A stretch of DNA of 64,000 bases, taken from IMG/VR virus record IMGVR_UViG_2784746770_000001, positions 1 to 64,000 of that record, one strand, 5' to 3'. Positions 38,699 through 47,491 of this stretch are shown piece after piece; the stretch's first letter is position 1; every line of letters starts with the position of its first letter. Source of the stretch: a virus. Its lineage: Duplodnaviria > Caudoviricetes. The notes beneath the pieces were generated by a model. It was not told where the DNA came from and did not search any database. It worked only from the letters and a program-made list of their open reading frames with translations. A program made the translations under genes and the position numbers.

Positions 38699-38968
38699 TT
38701 GCCGGACACCAACAGCGGGCTCATCAACGATCTCGACGCCCTCGCCGCCGCGGCCCCGGTGCGCAAGGGCCCCCGGTGCACACTCGCCCTGATCCTGGAC
38801 GCCCTCGACGAGCCGGCCGCCGCCAAGCTCCGCGAAGTCCTCGACTCCCCGACCTCAGCCCCCCAGGTTGCCGACGCCCTGACCCGCAACGGCCACCCCG
38901 TCCAGGCCCCGGCCGTCGCACGACACCGCCGGCGCGGCACCAGCAGCGGATGCAGGTGCCCGCGATGA
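38699..38968 (+). CDS. Small HTH/zinc-like phage protein
   Basis: C...HRR...CRC pattern; TTG start with GAGGA RBS; ATGA overlap with the next gene. Confidence 0.7.
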   Translation: MPDTNSGLINDLDALAAAAPVRKGPRCTLALILDALDEPAAAKLREVLDSPTSAPQVADALTRNGHPVQAPAVARHRRRGTSSGCRCPR

Positions 38969-40212
38969 GCCTCGAAGACCACCTCGACGCTCTCCTGCGC
39001 CCCGCGGCCGACACACAGTCCGAACCGCCCCAGACCATTCGCCCCGCCGCCATGGCACCCAAGGGGTGGGAGCCCGGCGTCCGCTACGAGCCCGGCGGCT
39101 CGATGCTCGTCACGGCCCCGGCCGCCGAAGCGCCCCCTCAGGACGAGACCGGGTGGCGCGAACGCGTCGAAGCGCTCGGGCTCGCCGTCCCCGACGGCTA
39201 CCGCGTCCGCCTTGTCGAAGCCCGGCACGATCCGGCCGCCTGGCACCGCGACGCCCAAGGCGAGGACGCCGTCACCCGGCCCGTATGGCGCTGCCGGTAC
39301 CTCGTTGAGCCCGCCACCCCCGGCTGGGCTTCCACCGACGACCTGAACAGCCTGGTCCGCGACGCCATGCGCCGTCGCCGCAAGGCGCGCCCCGCCCCCG
39401 AGACCACCGCCCGCGCGCTGGGAGTGGTGTACGCCGACCCCCAGGCCGGGAAGGTCGGACGCGACGGCGGCACGAAGGAACTCGTCGGCCGCATCGCCGA
39501 CCGCTTCGACCGCCTCCAGGACCACCTCCGGGATCTCGGCAAGGTCGGCCGCGCCCCCGACTCCGCGTACTGGCTCGATGGCGGCGACTGCATCGAAGGA
39601 TTCGAGAACGTCACCAGCCAGGCGTTCACGAACGACCTGACCATGACGCAGATGGTCCGGATCCACCGTCGGCTCACCTTCGAGGGCCTGGACCGGCTGG
39701 CCGCCGCCTTCCCCCGCGTCGTCGCCGCGACCGTCGGCTCGAACCACGCCCGCGTCAGACGCGGCAAAGACCCGGTGGGACCGCCCGAGGACGACTGGGG
39801 CATTGAGGTCATGAGCCAGATCGCCGACGCCTACAGCCGGAATCCCAACACCTACGGCCACGTCAGCTTCGTCACCCCCGAACCCTGGCGCGACACGATC
39901 TCCCTCGACATGGCCGGCACCATCGTCGGCCTCGCGCACGGCCACCAATACCCCCGGCCCGAGAAGGCCGTGGACTGGTGGCGAGCCCAGACCTTCGGCC
40001 GCCAGCCGATCGCCGACGCCCGCGTGCTTCTCACCGCCCACTACCACCATTTCCGCGCCCAACAGCTCGGCAACGGACGGCTCTGGCTTCAGGCCCCCAC
40101 CCTCGACAACGGGAGCGACTGGTACGCGATGCGCTCCGGCGAGGTCTCCCAGCCCGGCCTCATGGTCTTCTCCACCACCGCCGACGGCTGGGACGACCTC
40201 CGCATTCTCTGA
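38965..40212 (+). CDS. Calcineurin-like metallophosphoesterase / Mre11-like nuclease
   Basis: ADPQ, GDCIE, SNH, AHGH and AHYH motifs in canonical order. Confidence 0.82.
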   Translation: MSLEDHLDALLRPAADTQSEPPQTIRPAAMAPKGWEPGVRYEPGGSMLVTAPAAEAPPQDETGWRERVEALGLAVPDGYRVRLVEARHDPAAWHRDAQGEDAVTRPVWRCRYLVEPATPGWASTDDLNSLVRDAMRRRRKARPAPETTARALGVVYADPQAGKVGRDGGTKELVGRIADRFDRLQDHLRDLGKVGRAPDSAYWLDGGDCIEGFENVTSQAFTNDLTMTQMVRIHRRLTFEGLDRLAAAFPRVVAATVGSNHARVRRGKDPVGPPEDDWGIEVMSQIADAYSRNPNTYGHVSFVTPEPWRDTISLDMAGTIVGLAHGHQYPRPEKAVDWWRAQTFGRQPIADARVLLTAHYHHFRAQQLGNGRLWLQAPTLDNGSDWYAMRSGEVSQPGLMVFSTTADGWDDLRIL

Positions 40213-40287
40213 CTGCCAGGGGGCGACCCAAGGCATCACGGTCCTGCACCCTTCGCCCGCCACACCGACGAGAGAAGGGACACCACC

Positions 40288-40770
40288 ATGGGTCTCTACA
40301 CGGAAGACAACACCCGGATCACCCGGGCCGCGTTCCCCGCGGTCAACACCACCGACCCGGAGATGACCGTCACCGCCGACGTCTACTCCACGAAGCCGTT
40401 CGACCTCGGCAGCCGCCCCTCCGACAGTCGCGACAGCGTCCCGCAGGGCTCCATCCGCACCCTCCTGTTCAAGGCCGGGGCCGTAGTGCGGAAGTCGCAG
40501 GTCGACAAGCTGTTCCCCGCCGCCACCATCAAGAGCATCACCCCGGCCACGGGCCCGGCCGCCGGCGGCACCGTCGTCACCATCACCGGCACGAACCTCG
40601 ACGGCATCGCCGACGTGAAGTTCGGCAACGCCACCGGCACCAACCTCAAGATCCTCTCCTCCGAGAAGATCCAGGTCACCAGTCCGGCAAACGCGGCAGG
40701 CGCCGTGAGCATCGTCCTCAACGACGACGCCGGCGCCCTCACCAAGACCACGGCCTTCACCTACGCCTGA
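40288..40770 (+). CDS. IPT/TIG (Ig-like) domain virion protein
   Basis: I.SITP.TGP.AGGT.VTITGTNL...V.FG...FTY. Confidence 0.85.
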   Translation: MGLYTEDNTRITRAAFPAVNTTDPEMTVTADVYSTKPFDLGSRPSDSRDSVPQGSIRTLLFKAGAVVRKSQVDKLFPAATIKSITPATGPAAGGTVVTITGTNLDGIADVKFGNATGTNLKILSSEKIQVTSPANAAGAVSIVLNDDAGALTKTTAFTYA

Positions 40771-40833
40771 CCTCCCAACCCCACGACGTAAGCCGCTGCG
40801 GCCCACCACAGTGCCGCGGCAACGCCCCCGAGC

Positions 40834-41361
<528 letters not shown>

Positions 41362-41375
41362 TAGGAGCAGCAGAG

Positions 41376-42245
41376 ATGACGGTGTACGACTACCGGCCCG
41401 TGTGGGCCGGAGCCCTGTGCGACCCGGCAACCGCGGGCGGCAGCGTCGACCGCATCGACCTGTACGCCGGGCCCGAGCGGACCGGCACGCCCGTGGCGAC
41501 CGCCGGGCCGGCCACCCGCCTCCGAGACTCCGTCTACCGCTTCGAGATCCCCGACTCGCTGCCGGACGGCCGGTACTGGTGCACCGTCACTCTCGCCCCC
41601 GCTAAGGACCAGAACGTCTCCACCGACCGCACAGTCCGCCTCGACCTCCCACGCGGAGGGGACCTGATCGCCTCTGCCGAACAGGTCGCCGACGCGCTGA
41701 ACATCCCCCTCCCGCTCACCGCCACCCAGCGCGAGCGGTACTGGCAGAAGATCCGCGAGGCCCAGGCCGACGTCCTCACCTACATCGGCCGCCCGCTCAT
41801 CCCCACACCGCAGCGCCTCCTGGCCGTGATGCCGATGTTCGGCTACTCCCTGGACGACCCGCAGGCATGGCCCATCCAGCAGTACGACGACGTGGTCACC
41901 GTCGTCTCCTACATCAGCAACCTGGACGGCACCTACGAGGTGCAGCTCCTCGTCGGCCTCGACGGCAGCACGGAAGAGCCCATCGTCCGGTACGTCGTCG
42001 CGCACGCCGCCGAGTCGCTGCGTAACGACCCCTCCTCGAACGCCGACGGCACGAGGCGCGTCTCCTCCGTCTCCGCCGAAGGACAGTCGATCTCGTACGA
42101 CACCGCCCCCGGCCCGGGCCAGCCCGGAGCCCTCCCCACCATCGACTCTCTCTCCGGCTACAAGCGCCGCATCTACCGCCCGCTGAACACCGCCCCCACC
42201 GCCCCCTGGCCGTACGGCGGCGGACGCCGCTACCGCCGCTGGTAG
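41376..42245 (+). CDS. Probable head-tail adaptor
   Basis: Position; AQADVLTYIGR and VSSVSAEGQSISY typical of adaptors; AGGAG RBS. Confidence 0.65.
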   Translation: MTVYDYRPVWAGALCDPATAGGSVDRIDLYAGPERTGTPVATAGPATRLRDSVYRFEIPDSLPDGRYWCTVTLAPAKDQNVSTDRTVRLDLPRGGDLIASAEQVADALNIPLPLTATQRERYWQKIREAQADVLTYIGRPLIPTPQRLLAVMPMFGYSLDDPQAWPIQQYDDVVTVVSYISNLDGTYEVQLLVGLDGSTEEPIVRYVVAHAAESLRNDPSSNADGTRRVSSVSAEGQSISYDTAPGPGQPGALPTIDSLSGYKRRIYRPLNTAPTAPWPYGGGRRYRRW

Positions 42246-42258
42246 ACCGGAGCACCAC

Positions 42259-42588
42259 ATGGCCGTCCTCCTGCCCGACCGAAACCTCACCGCCTACGTC
42301 CTGTCCCACCCATGGGCCCGAGACGCCCACGGCACGCCCGTCCCGCCGCCGCCGGGCACCACGCCAGCACCACGCGGCACCTGGCCGGGCGCGGCCGTCG
42401 AGCAGACCGACGGATCATGGACCCTGCGCGTCGCCCCGGAAGCCTGGCCTCTGCGCGCCGGCGACGTCCTCGGCGACGGCACCCGTACCTGGACCGTCAC
42501 CACCGCACTCCTCAAGAAGGTCCCCGGCTACGGAGCAGCCGACTACATCGCCGTCGTCGCAGCGCTCAACCCCCCCGAGACACCCTGA
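42259..42588 (+). CDS. Probable head-closure/stopper protein
   Basis: Position; RDAHG near the N-terminus, LRAGD..W.V pattern. Confidence 0.6.
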   Translation: MAVLLPDRNLTAYVLSHPWARDAHGTPVPPPPGTTPAPRGTWPGAAVEQTDGSWTLRVAPEAWPLRAGDVLGDGTRTWTVTTALLKKVPGYGAADYIAVVAALNPPETP

Positions 42589-43118
42589 TGGCGAAGTTCC
42601 GAGCCGCCCCCGGCCTGGAGCGGCAGCTCGCCGTGATGATCGCCCCCCACATCCACGAGATCGCGCGCGAGGTCGAGCGCGAGGCCAAGCGGCTGGCCCC
42701 GCCCACCAAGAAGTGGGTCACGGTCGCCGACGACCGCGTGCGCCCCACCCATGCGGCCGCGCACAACCAGGAGAAGCCCGCGAACCTCCGCTTCGAGATC
42801 AACTCGATGGACTGGGACCGCCGGCACCGCGGTGTCGGCCCCGTCACCTACATGAAGGCCCCCCGCGACGGGTCCTCCCGAGCCGTGGCCAACATCAAGA
42901 ACTGCCGCTGTATCGCCCGCACCATCCCCGACGGCATCGCACGGAACATCCGCACGCTCCCGCCCGTCATCACCGGCAGCACGGTCACCGCCAAGGTCGT
43001 CGCCAGTGGCGAGTTCGTCGTCGAGGCCGAGGTCGGCACCGTCTACCCCGGGAATATCGAAGCGGCCGGCACCTACTTCATGGCCCGGGCCGCCGCTGCG
43101 GTCGCTGCCCGCCGCTGA
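42588..43118 (+). CDS. Neck (HK97 gp10-like) protein with an inserted MuF-like motif
   Basis: EAKRLAP...EVGT.......YF frame around KWVTVADDRVRPTH...NCRC; TGATG coupling. Confidence 0.65.
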   Translation: MAKFRAAPGLERQLAVMIAPHIHEIAREVEREAKRLAPPTKKWVTVADDRVRPTHAAAHNQEKPANLRFEINSMDWDRRHRGVGPVTYMKAPRDGSSRAVANIKNCRCIARTIPDGIARNIRTLPPVITGSTVTAKVVASGEFVVEAEVGTVYPGNIEAAGTYFMARAAAAVAARR

Positions 43119-43163
43119 CGGACCCCGCGACACAAAGCCCCGCCGGTCTGCACCCTGCGCGGC

Positions 43164-43400
43164 ATGACCACGAACATCAAGAAGACCCCGGCCGCCGCCA
43201 GCATCAGCGAGGAACCGACCGACGGCGTCGCGATCGTCGGCCCGCCGCTGCGCCCGGGGCAGACGGCTGAGAAGGTCACCTTCGCCCACCACCTGCGCGT
43301 CGGCGGGAAGGAGGTCCGGCCCGGCGACACCGCCCACGTCTCACCGGACTACGCCCGCCAGCTCCGCAGCAGCGGATACATCGCCCGCACCCGCGGCTGA
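43164..43400 (+). CDS. Small virion-region protein
   Basis: Leaderless after the promoter motif at 43129-43156; PGD...V...AR.L..SGY. Confidence 0.7.
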   Translation: MTTNIKKTPAAASISEEPTDGVAIVGPPLRPGQTAEKVTFAHHLRVGGKEVRPGDTAHVSPDYARQLRSSGYIARTRG

Positions 43401-43404
43401 CCTC

Positions 43405-43848
43405 GTGGACACCGCCTACTCGGTCGCCGACGCCGATCCGGTCGCCGCCGTCCTGTCCTGGCTCACCAAGCACCCCAAGGTCCACGAAGCACTCGGCGGG
43501 CCGGGCCACGTCTCCGGCATCCGCGAGGCCCCCTGGCCCCACCTGCGCGTCACCTCCGGCCCCGGCGGCGACATGCGCACGCTGGAGTGGGCCACCGAGC
43601 CCGAGGTCACCCTGGAGGTCTACGGCGACCCAGGCGGCTGGCCCGGGCAGGCCGCCCTCCGCCGCATCGCCCTCATCGCCGCGCTCGCCGCGAAGGAACT
43701 CCCCGATGCCCCGGCAGAGCCCGGCCGGCCGGTCGTCAGCTCCGTCCGCCCCTCTGGCGCACTCATCGACTCGCCTCTCGCGGACGGCCAGCCCCGCCAT
43801 CTCTTCGGCCTGCTCGTGACCGTGCACCCGCCACTCACCCCCGCCTGA
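43405..43848 (+). CDS. Probable tail terminator/completion protein
   Basis: Position directly before the major tail gene; WPHLRVT..G, LEVYG. Confidence 0.65.
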   Translation: MDTAYSVADADPVAAVLSWLTKHPKVHEALGGPGHVSGIREAPWPHLRVTSGPGGDMRTLEWATEPEVTLEVYGDPGGWPGQAALRRIALIAALAAKELPDAPAEPGRPVVSSVRPSGALIDSPLADGQPRHLFGLLVTVHPPLTPA

Positions 43849-43937
43849 CCCCGAGGCCCCGACCACGCGACGTAAGCCCCACGGGCTCTCCATCGTGACC
43901 CGGCCCTAAGAACCCGGCCGCAAGGAGCAGCCCGCCC

Positions 43938-44531
43938 ATGACCGTCGAGATCACCAACGCCACACAGATCGTCACCCCCGCCCGCACCCGCGTCTGGCTC
44001 GCGCCGGTCGGCACCGCGGCCCCCGCCGATGCCCTCGTCGCGATGCCCACCGGCTGGTACAGCGTCGGCCTCACCACCCCCGACAGCCTCAAGTTCTCCG
44101 AGGAGCCCCAGTTCGAGGAGGTCCGATCCGCCCAGACCGACTTCCCCAGCCGGACCATCCAGACCTCGGACTCCGCCACCATCGAGGTCGACCTCCAGCA
44201 GTGGTCCGGCCGCAACTTCAAGGCCGTGTTCGGCGGCGGCAACATCGTCGAGATCACCCCGTCCGGTGGCACCGGCACGCCCAAGCACTACAAGTTCACC
44301 CCGCCCCGCATCGGCGGCCGCAGCGAGGTCGCCGCCGTCATCGAGGTCATCGACGGCGAGAAGGCGTACCGCTACGTCGCGCCCCGCGCCATGCAGATGG
44401 AGGGCGTCAGCACCGAGCTCCAGAAGGCGAAGGAGGCCGTGCTGCCCCTCCGACTCGCCATCCAGGGCGGCGACGACACCGACCCGTGGTACCTGCTCAC
44501 CAACGACCCGGCCTTCGCCCCGTCGGCCTGA
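43938..44531 (+). CDS. Major tail (tube) protein
   Basis: VWLAPVGTAAP, W.SVGLTT.D, V.S.Q....R motifs; AAGGAG RBS. Confidence 0.88.
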   Translation: MTVEITNATQIVTPARTRVWLAPVGTAAPADALVAMPTGWYSVGLTTPDSLKFSEEPQFEEVRSAQTDFPSRTIQTSDSATIEVDLQQWSGRNFKAVFGGGNIVEITPSGGTGTPKHYKFTPPRIGGRSEVAAVIEVIDGEKAYRYVAPRAMQMEGVSTELQKAKEAVLPLRLAIQGGDDTDPWYLLTNDPAFAPSA

Positions 44532-44537
44532 CGGCCG

Positions 44538-44613
44538 CCCGTGTCTCACATGTGAGACACGGGTCGAAGCGCCGTCTGGCGTGTCTCACATGTGAGACAC
44601 GCCAGACGGCGCT
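44538..44613. repeat. Two perfect palindromes (26 bp at 44538-44563, 46 bp at 44568-44613) sharing core GTGTCTCACATGTGAGACAC; parS/operator-like
   Basis: Directly visible; cores 40 bp apart, upstream of parA. Confidence 0.85.
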
Positions 44614-44717
44614 CTTCCTTCTCGGAGGTCTCTGCCCACTCATAATCGTCGGGCTGGCAGAATGCGAGCGAATTGTTCGCCGTGCCTTCGGAGGGCGCTG
44701 TTGTGGCCATCATCCCT

Positions 44718-45599
44718 ATGTCGGCTGTAGATATCGGCATCGACTACTCGCGGTTCACCCCTGTCTTCGCCTTCGCCAGCGGCAAGGGCGGCGTCGGAAA
44801 GACGACCCTGACCGGCAACAACGCCACCAAGACCGCGAGCAAGGGCATCCCGACGCTCGCGATCGACGCCAATGGGCAGGGCAACCTCCGCCGCGAGTTC
44901 GGGATAGGAGAAGGCGACGGGGGCAAGGCGTTCGTTCAGGCGCTGCGCGACGGCACCCCCCTCGTGCCCGTCAAGAACGTTCGGCCGAACCTGGACGTCG
45001 TGCTCGGCGGCAAGGAGCTGCGAGCGATCAACACCGTGTTCATGGAGATTGCGCAGGAGTCGGGGCCGATCGCGGCCTTCTGCCGCCTCGCACAGTGCTT
45101 GCAGCCGCTCCTGAACCAGTACGGCGTCGTCTGGATCGACGCGCCCCCGGAGAACCCCAACGTCCTCACTCTCTGCCTGTGCGCGAGCAGGTGGCTGGTG
45201 ACCCCCGTCAAGATGGACGTCTGCTCGCTGGAAGACGCCCTGAAAGACATCTCCGACACCTTCAAGGCCGCCAGGAGCGTAAACCCGCTCCTCCAACTCC
45301 TCGGAGTTGTCCACTTCGGCTCTCCCAGCGGTGCCACCAGCATCCACAGGGAAGTCGTTGCCGAGGCCCGAAAGCTCCTCGGCAAGAGCACCCACGTCTT
45401 CGAGGAGTCGATCCACGCCTCGCCCAAGACGGCGAAGCTGGCCCGCGAGCTCGGGCTCTCCGTGTGGGAGCTGGAGGCGAAGAGCCGCGAGGAAGACAAG
45501 CGCATGGCTGAGCAGATCAGCAACCTCGCCGGCGCTCACGACAAGCTGACGACCGCCCTCTTGCGCCAGATGCGCGCCCGAATGGAGATCACTGCATGA
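44718..45599 (+). CDS. parA: ParA-family partition ATPase
   Basis: FASGKGGVGKTT deviant Walker A, IDANGQGN, WIDAPP; start uncertain. Confidence 0.92.
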   Translation: MSAVDIGIDYSRFTPVFAFASGKGGVGKTTLTGNNATKTASKGIPTLAIDANGQGNLRREFGIGEGDGGKAFVQALRDGTPLVPVKNVRPNLDVVLGGKELRAINTVFMEIAQESGPIAAFCRLAQCLQPLLNQYGVVWIDAPPENPNVLTLCLCASRWLVTPVKMDVCSLEDALKDISDTFKAARSVNPLLQLLGVVHFGSPSGATSIHREVVAEARKLLGKSTHVFEESIHASPKTAKLARELGLSVWELEAKSREEDKRMAEQISNLAGAHDKLTTALLRQMRARMEITA

Positions 45600-46558
45600 C
45601 CGCCCCCACTCCGGAGACGGACAGTGTCGAAGAGGAGAGGGGCGAGCTCGAAGACGCATTCGGCGGCTCAGCCAGCCCTGATGACGCCTTCGACATCCTG
45701 CGCAACCTGAACCTTCCGCCGGGCGCCCAGGCCCTGCTGCCGGGGCCCCAGAAGGGGGAGGATGCCCAACCCGGGGCGGATGCTGGAGCGCCCGAAGCCG
45801 ATACCGGAGCATCCGAAGCCGAGCTGGAGATCCGCACGCTCCAGATGCCGGCCGCGACCGCGTCGCGAGCGGAGCAGCTGGCGTACTGGGAGCGCATCGT
45901 CGAAGAGGAGCGAGCCCTCTACCGCGACACGGTCGCGGCCGCCGACAAGCGCTTCGTTGAGAAGGCGAACCTGCCTCTCTACGTCATCCATCAGAACGGC
46001 CTGTACCTCGACATGGTCTCGCCGAGCACCGGGGCCCCCTACAAGACCTTCAAGGCGTACCTCCAGGAGCGATGGGGCATCTCCAGGGCGCACGGATACC
46101 GGGTTGTGAATGAGCACACAGTCCGCAGGGCACTGGGGGACTTGGCGCCGGAATCGCTGAGCGCGCGGCAGGTCCCGGTGCTCCTGGCCCTGCACCGCCT
46201 GGTCAGCAAGGAGCTCGCCGATAGCGATCTTGAGGCCGCGCAGAAGGCCGGCGATGAGGCCGTGCGGAAGGCGTGGGAGGAGTCCGAAGAGAAGACTCCG
46301 AACGCACTCCAGGCCACGATCAAGCGCCTGGGATGGTCTGTTCGTGCGGTCGAGGCTACAGACGACCTGAGCGACTCCGGAGAGGCTGCCCCGAGCCAGC
46401 TGGACCGCTGGGGCAAGGCGGCGAAGGCATTCGATCCTTCCAAGGCCACAGAACTCAGCGCGGCAGCCGCCCGCGAGCTGTACGAACAGCTCAAGCCATT
46501 CGTCGACGCTTTGGAGAGCGTGGCTCTTCCCAGCGGGAAGAAGACCAAGTCGTCCTGA
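45596..46558 (+). CDS. Putative centromere-binding partner of ParA (non-canonical, HTH)
   Basis: ATGA-coupled to parA; L.VIH...LY....YKTFKAYLQERWGISRAHGYRVV HTH-like segment; no ParB CTPase GxRR motif seen. Confidence 0.6.
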   Translation: MTAPTPETDSVEEERGELEDAFGGSASPDDAFDILRNLNLPPGAQALLPGPQKGEDAQPGADAGAPEADTGASEAELEIRTLQMPAATASRAEQLAYWERIVEEERALYRDTVAAADKRFVEKANLPLYVIHQNGLYLDMVSPSTGAPYKTFKAYLQERWGISRAHGYRVVNEHTVRRALGDLAPESLSARQVPVLLALHRLVSKELADSDLEAAQKAGDEAVRKAWEESEEKTPNALQATIKRLGWSVRAVEATDDLSDSGEAAPSQLDRWGKAAKAFDPSKATELSAAAARELYEQLKPFVDALESVALPSGKKTKSS

Positions 46559-46568
46559 CCTTCGAACC

Positions 46569-46612
46569 GTACGAGGGCCCGTGTCTCACATGTGAGACAC
46601 GGGCCCTCGTAC
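46569..46612. repeat. 44-bp perfect palindrome with the same 20-bp core, downstream of the par cassette
   Basis: GTACGAGGGCCC-GTGTCTCACATGTGAGACAC-GGGCCCTCGTAC. Confidence 0.88.
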
Positions 46613-46697
46613 ATGCGCAAGCGCAGCACGAGACGTAAGCGCGCGGCGTTCTCTACCTTCCGCGGGTCCGACACCGCCCCGGGAGGGAACCCGCACC

Positions 46698-47228
46698 ATG
46701 TCGTCCTACGCCATCGACCTCGACGCCCAGCGCCGCGAGGTCAAGCACCCCCACGGCATCCCCGTGAAGTTCTCCAGGAACCTCGACCTGCTCTTTCCGG
46801 CCGAGCTGCCGGCCGACGCCCTGGACCCGCTCCTCAGCGACGAGCTCGACCTCGTCGGCCTCCTCGCCGACATCATGCGCACGGACAGCGGCTCCGCCGT
46901 CGGCGAGGTCATCGAGGTCCTGTTCAAGCGCCCCCGCCTCCCGAAGCAGTTCCTCGCCGCGATCAGGGAGACGTACGCGCTGCTCCTCGACGAGGACCAG
47001 TACGCCCAGTTCATCGCCGCCCGCCCGTCGCTGTCCGACTACGTCCGGCTCAGCACCGCCCTGATCCGCCTGTACGGGGTGGACCTGGGAAAGCTTTTCG
47101 GGTCGGCCGACTCCTCCGCTCCCGATGGGGCGACGTCGAGTCCGACCTCCTCCGGTACTACGGACTCGACGCCCGAGGCATCTGGCTCCGCCCAGGACAG
47201 CCCGGCTTCCTCGGACTCCGCCGGCTGA
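46698..47228 (+). CDS. Tail assembly chaperone (gpG-like)
   Basis: Precedes tape measure; IDLDAQRRE N-terminus; LGK slippery site. Confidence 0.85.
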   Translation: MSSYAIDLDAQRREVKHPHGIPVKFSRNLDLLFPAELPADALDPLLSDELDLVGLLADIMRTDSGSAVGEVIEVLFKRPRLPKQFLAAIRETYALLLDEDQYAQFIAARPSLSDYVRLSTALIRLYGVDLGKLFGSADSSAPDGATSSPTSSGTTDSTPEASGSAQDSPASSDSAG

Positions 47229-47491
47229 TCGCGCTCCTCGACGGCCTGCCCGAGGAGTCCCGCGTCAGCTCGTCGCCCATCGGCGGCTGGACTGTCCGTA
47301 CCGAACTCCTGGCGCAGCTCGTGGAGGAAATCTCCCTGCTCGCCTCCGACCACCGCCGCAAGAAGCCGCGGACGATCAACCGTCCGTACGACACGACGGG
47401 CCCGGAGGCGCAGCAGTCCACCAAGCCGATGAACGGCCACCAGGCGATGCTGGCGGCCGCAGCCAGGAGAGGGATGGTCCGCAGTGTCTGA
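47087..47491 (+). CDS. -1 frameshift extension of the tail chaperone (gpGT-like) via G GGA AAG
   Basis: GGGAAAG at 47087-47093 in the correct phase; -1 frame reads GKAFRVGRLL..W.DVESDLLRYYGLD...LRRLIALLDGLP to 47491. Confidence 0.85.
   Translation, partial: GKAFRVGRLLRSRWGDVESDLLRYYGLDARGIWLRPGQPGFLGLRRLIALLDGLPEESRVSSSPIGGWTVRTELLAQLVEEISLLASDHRRKKPRTINRPYDTTGPEAQQSTKPMNGHQAMLAAAARRGMVRSV

Noticed and set aside
44538-46612. Palindromes as protelomerase (telRL) sites or transposon ends
   Set aside because: Three copies with a shared core beside parA; no protelomerase or transposase and no target duplication seen
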